Positions 1 through 13,724 of a stretch of DNA of 64,000 nucleotides are shown here, one piece after another. The notes beneath the pieces were generated by a model. The model was given only the letters and a program-made list of their open reading frames with translations, was not told where the DNA came from and did no database searches. Location: contig JBHGNT010000005.1 of the NCBI GenBank assembly GCA_043228905.1, positions 24,676,001 to 24,740,000 of the forward strand. Reading direction: 5' to 3'. The translations under genes and the position numbers were made by a program. Within the stretch, counting starts at the first letter, position 1, and each line of letters opens with the position of its first letter. Source of the DNA: Azolla caroliniana (taxonomy: Eukaryota; Plantae; Polypodiophyta).

Positions 1-1627
1 TGTGTGTATGACTATCTTTTGGAAAAGAAGCACGATGCATTTTTCCAAGAATGCAACCTTCACATGCATGTTTTTCAATGGACTCAAGTGTAGGCAACCC
101 AATAACCATATCCTTCTTTTGCAAGTGAAGCAAACTATTGAAGTTCAAGTGACCAAAACGAGCATGCCAAAGCTCCATTTCAGCCATGGAAGAAGTATGT
201 ACAGCCAAGGCATTTAGAGAAGCCCTCTTGTATGTATCTAAACGGTACAAGCCATTGCATAATGTACCGGACATCACGATAACATCACCATTGCTATAAT
301 CGTGAACCATGCACTTATCATCAACAAAATGTACATGAAGTCCGGCTTTGGCAATCAAAGGAACCGAAATTAAGTTCTTCTTGATACCGGGCACATACAA
401 TACATTCTTTAAGATGACAACACCTCCATTTGCAGTCGAAAGCTCAATTTCTCCTACTCCAATGATAGGATAAGAGGCATTGTTTGCACACACCACATGT
501 CCACCTTTGGGTGCATCTTTCAAGGATGCAAAAAAACTTTTGCATGAAGTAATGTGCTTTGAAGCACCACTATCAAAGAACCAATCCGAATCAATCTCAC
601 TTACAACCATACATTTAGAGTGCAATGATGCATCATAATGATATGTAACAACACATGCCCAATAATCTTGAGCCATGTTGGCCTCATCACTCTTTGCACT
701 TGAAACATTTTCAGAAATGGTCATGCCGGATTCCTTCTTCTTCTCATTGCGCTTAACAAGCTTTCTACATTCTTCAATCGTATGGCCAACCTTTCGACAA
801 TATTTGCATCTTTTCTTCTTTTGCAAATCACCATCATTAGAGGAATAAGTGAAAGAGGGAGGTTGAGGCTTTGGTTTTGAAGAACCAAAAGCTGAACCAT
901 GCTTGCCTTTTCCTTTTTGTGAGATAGCAAGTGCTTGTGTTCCCTCTATCAAACCACTTCTATTCACTCTAGATTGTTCTTCTTGCAAAAGAAGAGACAC
1001 AACCTCATCAAATGCGTACATATCCGTATTCCCTCTTGCAACCAAACGAATAGTAGTAGCAAAGCTTTGAAAAGATTCGGGTAATCCTTTCAACAACGTA
1101 GAGACAAGTGATGTATTCGAAATGATCTCATCAATGTTTGCCAATTGCTCTTTCAAATCTTTAATGCGTGTCACATACACATCTACCGACTCATTTTCAG
1201 CCATATATACATCCTCAAGTTGCTTTCTCAAATATGCAACACGTGCTTCGTTACGCACGGCATACAACGAAGCAAGAGTGTCCCATGCTTGTTTGGACGT
1301 AGAGCATGACCGAATATGTGGAACTATATGACGCTTCACAGAAAGTGCAATCAATGCATGAGCTTGAGCATCTTTTCCATCCCATCTAAGTTGCTCTTGT
1401 GTTGGTGGAGTAGATGAAGTCACTGTGCTCGAAGATGAACCTGTATCTGTGATAGTAGACTGTGAAGTAGTAGGACCGGCGGGGCGTCGATCTACATCTA
1501 CCACTATGTTCCATAGTTGTTTGGCAACAAGAACGTGTTTCATCATGTAGGACCACATTGGATAGTTTGTCCCATCAAGCTTATCTTCAGCTTGAAGCAT
1601 GCCAAACAAATCACCATTGTTTGCCAT
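1..1627 (-). CDS. copia gag-pol polyprotein, N-terminal part (partial)
   Basis: Read manually: ATG at 1627 is in frame with DWFFDSGASKHIT at ~586-550. Absent from the ORF track, presumably because it has no stop before the window edge. Confidence 0.8.
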   Translation of the reverse strand, partial: MANNGDLFGMLQAEDKLDGTNYPMWSYMMKHVLVAKQLWNIVVDVDRRPAGPTTSQSTITDTGSSSSTVTSSTPPTQEQLRWDGKDAQAHALIALSVKRHIVPHIRSCSTSKQAWDTLASLYAVRNEARVAYLRKQLEDVYMAENESVDVYVTRIKDLKEQLANIDEIISNTSLVSTLLKGLPESFQSFATTIRLVARGNTDMYAFDEVVSLLLQEEQSRVNRSGLIEGTQALAISQKGKGKHGSAFGSSKPKPQPPSFTYSSNDGDLQKKKRCKYCRKVGHTIEECRKLVKRNEKKKESGMTISENVSSAKSDEANMAQDYWACVVTYHYDASLHSKCMVVSEIDSDWFFDSGASKHITSCKSFFASLKDAPKGGHVVCANNASYPIIGVGEIELSTANGGVVILKNVLYVPGIKKNLISVPLIAKAGLHVHFVDDKCMVHDYSNGDVIVMSGTLCNGLYRLDTYKRASLNALAVHTSSMAEMELWHARFGHLNFNSLLHLQKKDMVIGLPTLESIEKHACEGCILGKMHRASFPKDSHTH

Positions 1628-2202
1628 TTTACCAAAGAACAAGAAAGTGGTAAAATATTACCTCAACGAATCGGAAATGAGTGCTGAAAATGCAGCTCAC
1701 AAACTATCACTCGGATGACGATTTCGACTACACGAACGGCTTCGAAATGGGGGTAAAACAGCAGGGTACCTGCTGAAAATGCGCTCCAAGTGCTGAAATA
1801 CACTTCTCTATATTCAGAAGTTGATTTGCACAATGAAAAGTGCGCGCGCGCCGCGACACCGCGATGCGGACAACCGAAGATGGAGAGGATGAAGAACTTG
1901 GCTCTGATACCACTGTTGGGTATGTGAGGAAGAGTGGGAAACACACAAGAAGCTCAAAGAAAGAAGCACTCACACAAGGAAGGCAATGGCTGGAATAGCT
2001 CTGGCTCTCTATTGATGAATGTTCCTAAAAAAAATAGGAGCTGAAATATATATCCCTAAGTACTAAGTACCACCACATATGAGTGACTCATGTATGTGGT
2101 AACATGGGGAAAAAACCTCTAGCCAACACTAGAGTAAAAAGTGCCCATGTATAGGGAAAATGGTTCACATCAAAGCTACTAGAGGAACACGCAAGTGTAA
2201 CA
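1..2202 (-). mobile_element. Ty1/copia LTR retrotransposon, 5' part (5' LTR 1914-2202, PBS, gag-PR-integrase start; runs off window edge)
   Basis: LTR bounded by TG..CA (1914 tgttggg ... tgtaaca 2202). PBS TGGTATCAGAGCC on minus strand at 1900-1912. Minus-strand frame from ATG at 1627 (MANNGDLFGMLQAEDKLDGTNYPMW) contains zinc knuckle CKYCRKVGHTIEEC and protease motif WFFDSGASKH. Confidence 0.9.
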
Positions 2203-3569
2203 CGAATATGGAGCCATCACTCTTATGTTTCAGATGTTCAGTCGTGGCGCGTCGATACAATTAGAGAGGCAAAAGATCCTGTCAGTGTGGTTGGATCGGT
2301 ATGCTCCAATCCTAAGCTTTAACTCTTATGTTTCACATGTTCAATGGTGGCACATAAGCCGAACAACAACATCTTAGTAAGTATGATTCAAATTGCAACT
2401 TCGTAATCCTTTTTTGGTTTTTGAAACAGTTAGATTGGCGTAGTGGAAGCGTGGTGGGACCATAACCCACAGGTGCCAGGATCAGAACATGGCTCGAATA
2501 TAAACCATGCGTTGGAATCTTGAACCGTCGTTCTTATGTTTCACAAGCTCAGTTGTCGAGTGTTAACAATACAACGACCTCTTACTAGGTACGATCCAAA
2601 TGGCAAAGAGGTAATTGTCTTTAGGTTCTTCACAGAATTTGAGTGGCGTAGTTGAAGCGTGGTGGGCCTATAACCCAGAGGTTCCAACATCGAAACCTGC
2701 CTCTGATATATAGCCTACGTTGGTGTGGTTGAATCAATACCCTTGAATCCAGAGCCGTCACTTTTATGTTTAGTATGTTTCGTGGTGGTGCCCCGTCTAA
2801 ATAGCAAAATCTTAATCGGAACAATCAAAGAGGCAAGAAGAGTGTGTCAGTGTGGTTGGATCGATATGCTCGAATCCTAAGCTTTCGCTCTTATGTTTCA
2901 CATGTTCCATGGTGGTGCCTTGTCTAAATAGCAACATCTTAATCGGTATGATCAAAGAGGCAACAACATGTGTCACTGTGGTTGGATCAATATTCTCGAA
3001 TACGGAACCGTCGTTCTTATGTTTTAGATGTTCAGTGTTGGTGTGTCGGCCATACAACAACATCTTAGTAGGTATGATCCGAGTGTCAAAGTGGTAATCA
3101 TTTTTTCGTTTTCCAAAGAAGAAGAGTGGCGCAGTGGAAGCAAGGTGGGCCCATAACCCATAGGTCCTAGGATCGAAACTTGGCTTTGATATAAAGAGTT
3201 TGTTGGTGTTGTTGGATCTATAGCCTTCAAACCCTAATTGTTTAGTAGTGGCGTGTTGGCAATACAACAACTTCTTAGTAGGTATAATCCGACAACCAAA
3301 GCGGTAATTCTTTTTAGGTTCTTCATAGAATTTGAGTGGTGCAGTGGATGCGTGGTGGGCCTATAACCCAAAGGTCTCAACATTGAAACGTGCCTCTGAT
3401 ATATAGCCTACGTTTATGTGGTCGAATCGATATCCTTGAATCCCGAGCCGTCGCTTTTATGTTTCGTATGTTCTATGGTGGTGCCTTGTCTAGATAACAA
3501 CTTCTTAATTGGTACGATCGGAGAGGCAACAACATGTGTCACTATGGTCGGATTAATATGCTTGAATAC
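2203..3569 (+). repeat. tRNA-iMet-derived tandem array, segment 1 (4 tRNA-like copies at ~2429, 2637, 3120, 3330)
   Basis: Recurring GAGTGGCGCAGTGGAAGCGTGGTGGGCC(C/T)ATAACCCA..GATCGAAACC..CTCTGATA separated by conserved spacers (GCTCTTATGTTT, ATACAACAAC.TCTTAGTAGGTA). Confidence 0.9.
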
Positions 3570-6500
3570 TGTTGAGAGACAAGCTCAACATCGGCCGGAT
3601 CGGCTGAAGAAGCCGAGGACCGGATCGGTTAGGCCGAGTGCGTAAACCGGGAGGTCGTTAGGAAAGATATTCCGTGAGGAATATATTTGGGAGTTAGTGT
3701 AGGAGCTCTTGATGAGCATTGAAGTACTGTCAGTACTTCAGTCAGTCCTTCTAGGACTTGTATAAAAGTGTTCACTGAGCACGTCTTATGTACAGATAGG
3801 AGTATTATTGTTGAATATATTTTTTGTGTCTTCTCTCTCACTCTCTCTGTCTCTCCTGCGTATACCGTGTAAACTCAAGCTCTCCATTGAACCTGAGTTT
3901 CCTTCCTTCTGTTCGGTCTTCATACCTGCTTCCGCACGCTACTTTTTACATGGTATCAGAGCACGAGGGTTGAGAACCTCTCTGCAGCCGACATAGCTTG
4001 ACGAAGAAGAACGAGAAGAACGATGGATAGAGGCATGGCGAGCTCGCTTCCAACAGAGAAGCTCGACAGAACCAACTATGCGTCTTGGTCCTACAAGATG
4101 CACCAGTACCTGCTCGGGCATGGCTACTGGAGTTATGTCGAAGGAGCTAATGACGCGGCACCCGAATCGACGCATAGAGACTTCCCGTCGTGGGAGCAAT
4201 CGGCAAGCAGGGTATTGTACTGCTTCGCGTCGTGTGTGGGCGAACAACTATTGAGCTATGTTCGGGATGCAAAGACGCCGAAGGGTGCGTGGGAAAATAT
4301 GAAGAAGATTTTCGCCGCGAGCACCACAGCCAGGAAGCTTTAGCTTCGACAGGAGTTGAGCAACCTACGACAACGCGACTTGTCGGTGGCGGACTATACC
4401 TCGAAGATCAAGGATATCTGCGACTCCCTCGCCTCCATAGAGGTGAACATCGAGGAGAGCGAGATGGTCCAGATCTGTCTCGGAGGTTTGGCGTCGAAGT
4501 TCGGAGCGTTCCGAACGGCTGTGTGTACCTGGGAGAATACGCCGTCCTTCTTTGACTTACAGTCAATGCTCCTGGTAGAGGAGAACCACGCGGGTGCGTC
4601 TACAAGCATGCACACCGACAACAAAATGCTGTACACGGAGGGAGATAGGCCCCGTGGACGTGGAGGACGAGGCGAGTCGACGCACAATGGAGGCGGCCGA
4701 CGAGATCAGGGAAGAAGGCACTGAAGTGATGCCGACAGTAACTCCGGACCCTTCGGAAATAGGGGGAGTCGAAGCGATGAGAACCGGCAAGGGAAGTCCA
4801 TCGCGGAGTGCTGGTACTGTGGCAAGAAAGGCCACAGGGAAAGTAAGTGCTGGAAGAAGTGCACCGATTCGGAGAGAACTGGTTCCGGGAACGGCTCCAG
4901 ACATACCGACAAGGGAAGTCGGCAACAATCGCACTACGCCGAAGACTCCGGGAGAGCCGGAGAAGGGACTGCCTTCGTGACAAGACACGAAGCAAACTCA
5001 ATGATACAGACCACCCCGAGATCGGACGAGGTGTGGTACGTAGACTCCGGCGCATTAAACCACATGACGAGCCATAAGGAGTGGTTCTCGTACCTTGAAA
5101 AACCGATACAACCTGGAGTAGTCGCAACTGGAGACGACACTTCGCATCCGATCGCGAATGTCGAAGAAGTTCCCCTTAGCCATGTCGGGCAGAAAGGGAA
5201 ACTCATGAACATGCTGCACGTCCCGACAATCACGAAAAACTTGGTCTCGGTCGGACAGATCGTCGACCAAGGGATGGAGGTTCGATTTACACACCTCGGG
5301 TGCTTCATTGAGGAAGAAGGCCATGTGATTGCGCAAGGGCGCAGAGACGGGAGGATGTTCATCCTCGACTCCACTGACGGCGGCACCGCAATGTTCGCGA
5401 AGGGACAAAAGACCGAGTCGGACATCGACTTGTGGCACAAGCGGATAGGCCATGTCAACCACCAACGGCTTCAAGATCTGCAATCGAAACAGGTAGTATT
5501 CGGATTGCCCAAATTTAGTGGCCGAAAGGCACAAATTTGTGAAGCCTGCCAACTCGGGAAGCAACACCGACTTCCTTTCCCAAACGAGCGAAACCGGAGC
5601 CGGAATAAGCTCTACCTTATACACTCTGATGTATGGGGGCCGACACAAAACGTTAGTCTTGGCGGGAGCCGATATTTCGTCTCCTTCATCGACGACCACA
5701 CACGGCACACGTGGATCTACCTCATTGAGAGGAAGAGCGAAGTCTTCAACTGTTTCCGGGACCTCAAAGGGTTCGTGGAAACGGAAACGGGATGAAAGAT
5801 CAAGTGCCTGTGGTCGGATGGCGGGAAAGAGTACTTTTCCAGTCAATTCAACGGTTACCTACAACAAATGGGAATTCGTCGCGAATTCAGTTGTAGATAC
5901 ACGCCGGAGCAGAACGACGTGGCCGAGAGAAAGAATCGGTTAGTTGTGGAAGTGGCACAGGCAATGCTGGAGGAGAAGAGCTTGCCCAAGTTCTACTGGG
6001 CCGAGGCGGTAAGGACCGCGGTATACATCCAAAACCGGATCGGAGACAAAGTGTCAGCGCACGAGCTATATTTCGGAACGAAGCCGAACTTACGACACTT
6101 GAGGGTGTTCGGTAGCATTGCGTATGTGCATGTACTGAAGGAGAAAAGGAGGAAGTTGGACGCAAAGGCCGAGAAATGCATCTTGGTCGGTTACTCGGAC
6201 GAGTAGAAGGGTTATAAGTGCTATAACCCTCGCACCAAACAAGCGCGTGTCAGCCGCGACGTTGTGTTTGACGAGTCCGCGTCCTGGTACCAGCCCCTGA
6301 CTCCGAACCCCGACTCCAATCCGAGCTCTGACAATGAGGTCAGCGAGGCCGAGATGCCTCCGGATGAGCCCGAAATCGAGACCCGCGACGAGAGTCCGAT
6401 TTCACTCCGGTTAAGTGGACCGATTGGACGACTGAGTCGGTACGACCAGTCCGATGAAGAGCCGGCGAGTAGTGGAGACTCGGCCGTGCATTCCCCGCGC

Positions 6501-7928
6501 AAGAAGCCGAGGAGACGGCTTACCCGCAAAGAGAAAGGGAAGAAGAAGGTGTCGAATTCCGGCACGAATAGGAACGATTCAGACCGACGCGAGTCCGACT
6601 CCGAGGGAACCGGTGACGGGTCTTTAAAGGTGAAGAACGCGTCGACCGAGAAGGCCTCGACATCGGCTAATGTGAGATTACGCCGATCTACCCGCCAGAA
6701 GAATCCTGTTTTGCGGTTCGGATACAACGAGTACATGGCGCATCATTATGCGTACATGACCCGTGTAGCGGAAGTGCGTGAGCCGGAGAGCTACGCAGAA
6801 GCGGCTAAAAACGTGAACTGGCGTGCCGCGATGGAGGAAGAGATGCATGCATTGGCGGAGAACGAGACCTGGGACCTGGTTGACGCACCAACAGGGGTAA
6901 AACCGATCGGGTGTAGGTGGGTGTACAAGGTCAAGTACAACACCGATGGCTCTGTTAACCGGTACAAGGCTCGGCTAGTGGCAAAGGGCTACGCGCAGAA
7001 ACACGGAATCGACTACGATGAGACGTTTGCGCTGGTCGCGAAAATGACGACTGTCCGTGTTTTGCTCGCAGTAGCTGCGGCGAAGGGGTGACACTTACAT
7101 CATATGGATGTAAAGAATGCGTTCCTGCAAGGTGACCTTGAGGAACAAGTGTACATGGTACAACCCCTCGGATTTCACTCCAGAACGAACTCCTCGGCAG
7201 TATGCCGACTGAAGAAGTCCCTTTATGGACTGAAGCAAGCCCTGCATGCATGGAACGCGAAGATCACGCAACAACTGCGTCGGATGGGCTTCATCACGAC
7301 AAAATCAGATTCTTCCCTGTTCATCCGGAAAGGTCGACTTGGACCGGTTAGTATTTTACTATATGTTGATGACTTGGTCATCACCGACGTTGACCTAGGT
7401 GAAATCTACCGCGTGAAGCTCCAGCTTGCGGCATCGTTCGACATGAAGGATCTGGGGGACCTTCATTACTTCCTCGGGATCGAAGTGATTCGTACCCTCG
7501 AAGGCATATTGATCAGCCAACGTCATTACGTGTTGAATATGCTCTTCAAGCTCGGGATGGCCGACTGTAAGTCCGTCTTGACTCCTCTGGACAGAACCAT
7601 CAAGCTTCGTCCCGATACGGGAAAGGAATGCGACCCAACGAGGTTCCGACAAATTGTCGGAAGCCTCATATACTTGACCATCACCCGACCCGACCTTAGT
7701 TATCCGCTCGGGGTGATCAGTCAGTTCATGGCGCGACCTACCGAGGAGCACCTTCAGTGTGCGCAACGCGTACTTCGGTATGTAAGCGGCACTAAGGACC
7801 GCGGACTGCTATATCGGACCGGTGCAACCGCGCAGTTAGTCGGCTACACCGATGCTGATTGGGCTGGCAACGCTGCCGATCGCCGATCCACGTCTGGATA
7901 CGCGTTCTCCCTCACGCTACTTTTTACA
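3570..7928 (+). mobile_element. Ty1/copia element B1, decayed; RNase H and most of the 3' LTR deleted; 5-bp TSD AATAC
   Basis: 5' LTR 3570-3950 (TGTTGAGAG...TTTTTACA). PBS TGGTATCAGAGC at 3951-3962. Last 16 bp of the LTR (CACGCTACTTTTTACA) reappear at 7913-7928. AATAC at 3565-3569 and 7929-7933. Confidence 0.93.
4023..7912 (+). pseudogene. copia gag-pol pseudogene (several premature stops)
   Basis: gag (KLDRTNYASW, CWYCGKKGH..KC), PR (WYVDSGALNH), INT (LWHKRIGH, CEAC, HSDVWGP), RT (DVKNAFLQG, LLYVDDL) and the start of RNase H (GYTDADWAG), split across ORFs 4023-8027. Confidence 0.9.
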
Positions 7929-10037
7929 AATACGGAGAAGTCGCTCTTATGTTTGAGATCTTCAATGTTGGCACGTCAGCCATACAACGACATCTTAGTG
8001 TGTATGATCCGAGCATCAATGTGGTAATGCTTTTTTCATTTTCCAAAGAATCATAGTGGCGCTGTGGAAGCGTGGTGGGTCCATAATCCACAGGTCCCAG
8101 AATCAAAACTTGGCTCTGATATTTAAAGAGTTTGCTGGTGTGGTTGGACCTATAGCCTTGAATCCCGAACAATCGCTCTTATGTTTCACATGCTTAATTG
8201 TGTTGTGTAGGCAATACAACGACTTCTTACTAGGTATAATTGGAATGGAAAAATGGTAATCGTTTTTAGGTTCTTCAGAGAATTTGAGTGGCGTATTGGA
8301 AGCATGATGGGCCTATAACCCAGAGGTCCCAAAATCGAAACGTGGCTATGATATATAGCCTGCATCGGTGTGGCAATACAACGACTTCTTACTAGGAACA
8401 ATTCGAACGGCAAAATGGTAATCATTTTTAGGGTCTTCATAGAAATTGAGTGGCGTATTGGAAGCATGATGGGCCTATAACCCAGAGGTCCCAAAATCGA
8501 AACGTGGCTTTGATATATAGACGATGTTGGTGTGGTCGAATGGATAGCCTTCAATCCCTCGACGTGGCTTTTATGTTTCGTATGGTCCGTGGTGGTGCCT
8601 CATTTACATAACAACTTCTTAATCGGTATGATCGGAGATGCAAAATCGTGTGTTTGTGTGGTTGGATCACTACAGTCGAATCCTGAGCCGTCGTTCTCAT
8701 GTTTCACATGTTGAGTGGTGGCACGTCAACTAAACAACAACATTTTAGTAGGGATGATGCGAGCGGCAAAGTGGCAATCCTTTTTGGGTTTTCCAAAGAA
8801 TCAGAGTGTTGCAGTGGATGCGTGGTGGGCCCATAACCCACAAGGCCCAAGATCGAAACCTAGCTCTTATATATACACTGCGTCGGTCTGGTCGGATTCA
8901 TAGCCTCAAATCCCAATCCATCGCTCTTAAGTTTCCCATGGTCCATTGAGGCACCTCGCCAAAGAACAATTGCATAGGCAGTATGATTGGTGTAGCAAAT
9001 TCGTAGCACGATCATCCTTCTTTGGTTTTTAATAGTAACTGGCGATGTGGTGGGGCCATAATTGACAGGTCCCAAGATCGAAACCTGCCTTTGATATAAA
9101 CCGTGCATTGGTGTGGTCGGATCTAAAGCCTCGAATCCTGAGCCGTCGTTCTTATGTTTCACATGTTCAGTGGCGGCGTGTCGGTAATACACCAACTTCT
9201 TTCTAAGTACGATCCGAGCGTCAAATTGGTAATTCTTTTTAGGTTCTTCACAAAATTTGAGGTGCGTAGTGGAAGCGTGGTGGGCCTACAACGCACAGGT
9301 CGCAACATCGATACTTGCCTCTTATATATAGCTTGTGTTGGTGTTGTTGAATCGATACACTTCAATCCCGAGACGTCGCTTTTATGTTTCGTATGTTCCG
9401 AGGTGGTTCCTCATCTAAATAGCAACTTTTGAATTGGTACGCTTAGAGAGGCAAAAAGAGTGTGTCAGTGTGGTTGGATCAATATGCTCGAATCCTGAGC
9501 TTTCGTTCTGATGTTTCACATGTTTAGTGGTGCCGTGTCAGCCAAAAAATAACATCTTAGTAGGTATGATCCAAGTGGCAAAGTGGTAATCTTTTTTTGG
9601 TTTTCGAAAGAATCAAAGTGGCGCAATGGAAGTGTGGTGGGCCCATAACCCACAAGTCCAGGATCAAAAGCTAACTGTGATATAAACCGTGCATTGGTCT
9701 GGTCGGATTTATAGCCTCGAATCCTGAGCCGTCGCTCTTATGTTTCACATGTTTAGTGGTGGCGTGTCGACAATACAACAACTTGTCACTAGGTACGATC
9801 CGAGTACCAAAGGGGTAATTCTTTTTATGTTCTTCACAGAATTTGAGTGGTGTAGTGCAGGCATGGTGAACCTATAACTCATAGGTACCAACATTGAAAC
9901 CTTCCTCTAATATTTAGCCTACGTCGGTGAGGTTGAATCGATACCCTGGAATCCCGAGCCATCGCTTTTATGTTTCATATGTTCCGTGGTGGTGCCTCGT
10001 CTTAATTGCAACTTCGTAATAAGTACGATCGGAGAGG
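7929..10037 (+). repeat. tRNA-iMet-derived tandem array, segment 2 (~8 copies)
   Basis: Same unit; tRNA-like copies start at ~8050, 8282, 8444, 8800, 9040 (partial), 9255, 9612, 9841. Confidence 0.9.
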
Positions 10038-11782
10038 TGTAAAGAATCGAGAGAGAGAGAGAGAGAGAGAGAACAAGAAACTGTATACTACTTCCAACAA
10101 CAACATAGTTACAAAGGGTTGGTTTAAATACCAAGTAGGCTAGGGTAAGTGCCCTTTCAACTATTTACAAAACTAACATGGTGTGTCCATGAGCTAGTGT
10201 GAAACCTATCTCTATGGGAAGTTGAGTTCGACTCTCAACACGCCCCTTCGAACACAACTTCCATATGTCGAAAAGTTGTTTTGGTTTGGTCTTCGAAGTA
10301 CTTCGATTCGAATGAATCGGCTTTCGACTTTCATCATCCTACTCATCCGAACTCTTGTTCGGCTTTTCGGCTTCATGCTCCTTGTTCGGCTCGAGTGCTG
10401 CCATCGTACTTTGAATCATCTGGTCGTCTTCGATCAACTAATCAACTACTTCCGTGTTGGCTGCCTCCATGCCGCATGTTGTACTCCCCCTCAAGCTCGG
10501 CAATGTGGATATCGTGACCAAGGTCGTATGAGAATTGCCCAAGCTTGTTGACGCCTAAGGCCTTCGTAAAGATATCAAAAACTTGAAGGTGCGTATTGAT
10601 GTGTTGTAGCTCAATTTCGCCAGCCTGAACGCGCTCGCGAATGAAGTGGTTGTGCACTTTGATGTGTTTAGTCTGCGCGTGAAATACGAGGTTGCGTGCC
10701 AGGTAGATACTGCTCATGTTGTCACAATATAAGCAAATCAGATCTTTGATGGGTACGCCCAGATCCTTTAGTACACACTTCAGCCATACGACTTTGCATG
10801 CAACTACTGCCGCGCCCCTGTATTCAGCCTCTGTGCTCGATAGTGCGACTGTTGATTGCTTCTTGCTGCTCCATGAGATCGCTCTGCTGCCGAGGGAGAA
10901 GACGAATCCGGATGTCGATCATCCATCGTCCTTATATCCGGCCTAGTCCGTGTCTGTGTACCCTTCGAGTTGAATAAGCGTGTTCAACTTGTACATAATG
11001 CCGTAACCATCGTACCACTGACATACCGAAGTATCCTCTTAGCACAATCGAGATGGAGATTTCCTGGGTTCTACATGAATTGGCTAAGTAGGCCAACAGA
11101 ATAGCTGAGGCCAGGTCGTGTTGTGGTTAGGTAGATGAGGCCGCCGATCAATTGGCGATATTGAGTTGGCTCACACTCGGCTGTGCTGGAATTGACATCG
11201 AGCTTGAGATTACGGTCAAGAGGAGTAGACACAGGTTTGTGCTCTGTCATTCTGAACTTGTAGAGTAAGTTAAGAACGTAGTGCTGTTGAGAGATCAGGA
11301 TCCCAACTGGTGTCCGAATTACATCGATGCCAAGGAAGTAATGGAGCTCCTGCATATCTTTCATTTCAAATTTGTTGGATATGAGTGATTTATGGATGTA
11401 CAGGGAGTTGTCTGATTTCGACATTTGAAATCCAATTTGGTGAAGATAGTGCGTGATATTTGAATGCCAAGCACGCGGTGCTTGCTTAAGACCATAGATT
11501 AGCTTCTTGAGTCGACACACGGCTTTTGGATGAGTACACGATTCAAAGTTGGGTGGTTGTACCACGTACACCCCCTCTTCCAATTCGCCTTGAAGAAAGG
11601 CGTTCTTGACGTCCATCTGGTGGAGGTGCCACCCTTTCGCTGTTGCGAGTGCGATCACGGTCTGCACCGTTGTCATCGTTGCCATTGGGGCAAAGGTCTC
11701 TTCGTAGTCGACTCTATGTTTTTGTGTGTATCCCTTCGCAACGAGTTGTGCTTTGAAGCGATTTACGGAGCCGTCGGCATTG
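10038..11782 (-). mobile_element. copia element C, 3' part (3' LTR ~10038-10240, RNase H, RT)
   Basis: LTR TGTAAAG...CTCAACA containing (GA)n. ORFs 10442-10717 (RNase H C-terminus, HAQTKHIKVH) and 11071-11892 (RT, DVKNAFLQG). Interrupted at ~11783 by another LTR. Confidence 0.85.
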
Positions 11783-13589
11783 TGTGAAAAGAATAGCGCG
11801 TGGAAGCAAATAGAAAACCAAACACAGAAACCCAGGTTTAATGGAGAGCTTGAATATACGTAGTATGCGGGAGAGATAGAGATAGAATGCACACAGAACT
11901 CTTTTCAAAATAATACTCAATCTGTAGATAGGATGTGCTCAGTGAGCACTTTTATACAAACCTTGACTATCGGGCTGACACAAGTATTGACAGTACTTGA
12001 ATGCTCATAAATGAGCCTACTACACTAACTCCCAAAATTATTCCTTACGAGGAATACCATACTAACGGTCTTCCGGTTTACGCACTGATACGGCCACATT
12101 ATGCGTACTATTTTACGCACCCAGTCTACGCACTGGGTTACGCACCGTATTACGCACTCAATGTTGAGCGTGTCACTCAACACTCCCCCTCAAGCTCAAC
12201 TTGAGGTTCCATCCGCTCTTCCGGATCTACGCTCTGGTTCCTTCTGGCTTCACGCCTTGCCCGCACTCCTCGACCCATTCGATTCCGTGCACCTCGACCC
12301 TTTCGGTCAGCTTGTCTGCTCGCATGGCCATTCTCAGATTCCTTGCTATTGCGGTGTTGGCGCCTCTTCTGCTGCCTTCTCTTCCGCTTGGCCCTTGGTT
12401 GATTCAATGTATCCGAATCAAACATCCAAACCGACTCAGCTTCCTCCGATCGGTTTTCGTTTTTGTCCGAGTTGGCTGTCTCCAACTCGTCTTCGATATT
12501 ATCGCCCTTGATGGCTTCATCTCCCCCATGCTTGGCTGGCTTTGGCTATTTCTTCCGGCTGCTCCCCTTGTGTCTGCTTTCGGACTCTTCCACGGATCCG
12601 CCCTCGGCTTCTTCAGCTGATCCGAAATCGAATTCGTCATCCGACTTGGCTTCGCGGTCTTTCGGAGCTTCTCTCATCTTTGGGATGCCTCTCCCCCTCG
12701 TGTGGTCATTCGGGACATCTCTCGCCCTCAAGTTCGGCACGTCGAAGTGACGCAACCAAGCGCACCCGAGAATTGCCGCAACTTGTCCATACCAAGAGGC
12801 TTGGTGAGTATGTCGGCAGTCTGCCGATCCGTCAGAACATATTGAAGTTCGACTTCACCGGAGAGGACACGTTGACGGAAAAAATGGTGGTGCACCTCAA
12901 TGTGCTCGGTCCGGGTGTGGAATACGGGGTTTTTCGCTAGCTGGATGCTGCCGAGGTTGTCACAGTAGATCGTCGTTGGATTGGACACCTCTTGCTGCAG
13001 ATCCTTAAGTAGTCGTTTCAACCATATGGCTTCGCACGTCGCGACAACCGCTCCTCTATATTTGGCTTCAATGCTCGACAGTGCAACTGTCGGTTACTTC
13101 TTGCTACTCCACGCGATCGCGACGCTCCCAAGAGAGAACGCGAAACCGGATGTGGATCGGCAATGGCGGCGTTGCCGGCCCAGTCGGCATCAATGTAGCC
13201 GACCAACTGCGGGGCTGTACCGGTCCGATATAGTAGCCCCCGGTCCTTAGTGCTGCTGATGTACCGAAGTACGTGTTGCGCACACTAAAGGTGCTCCTCG
13301 GTAGGTCGTGCCATGAACTGACTAATCACCCTGATCGGGTAGCTGAAATTTGGTTGGGTGATGGTCAAGTATATAAGGCTTCCGACTATTTGTCGGAACC
13401 TTGTAGGGTCACATACCACTCTGGAATTGGGGCGAAGCTTGACGGTTCTATCTAGAGGAGTCGAGACGGACTTACAGTCGGCCATCCCAAATTTGAAGAG
13501 CATACTCAGCACATAATGCCATTGGTTGATCAATAGGCCTTCAGGGGTGCGGATCACTTCGATCCCGAGGAAGTAATGAAGGTCCCTCA
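11783..13589 (-). mobile_element. copia element D, 3' part (LTR ~11783-12182, 3' extension, RNase H/RT), relative of the B family
   Basis: LTR resembles the B-family LTR (GTTTAATGGAGAGCTTGA, CACTTTTATACAA, ...CTCAACA). PPT CTCCCCCT at 12183. ORFs 12728-13021, 13018-13206 and 13285-13590 are RNase H/RT. Confidence 0.85.
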
Positions 13590-13669
13590 TGTTGGGGACA
13601 AGGTCATCAGTGTGGAAGAACAAACAACATCTGTTATGTTGAAGGACTTGTGTATGAGAATAAAACAAG

Positions 13670-13724
<55 letters not shown>

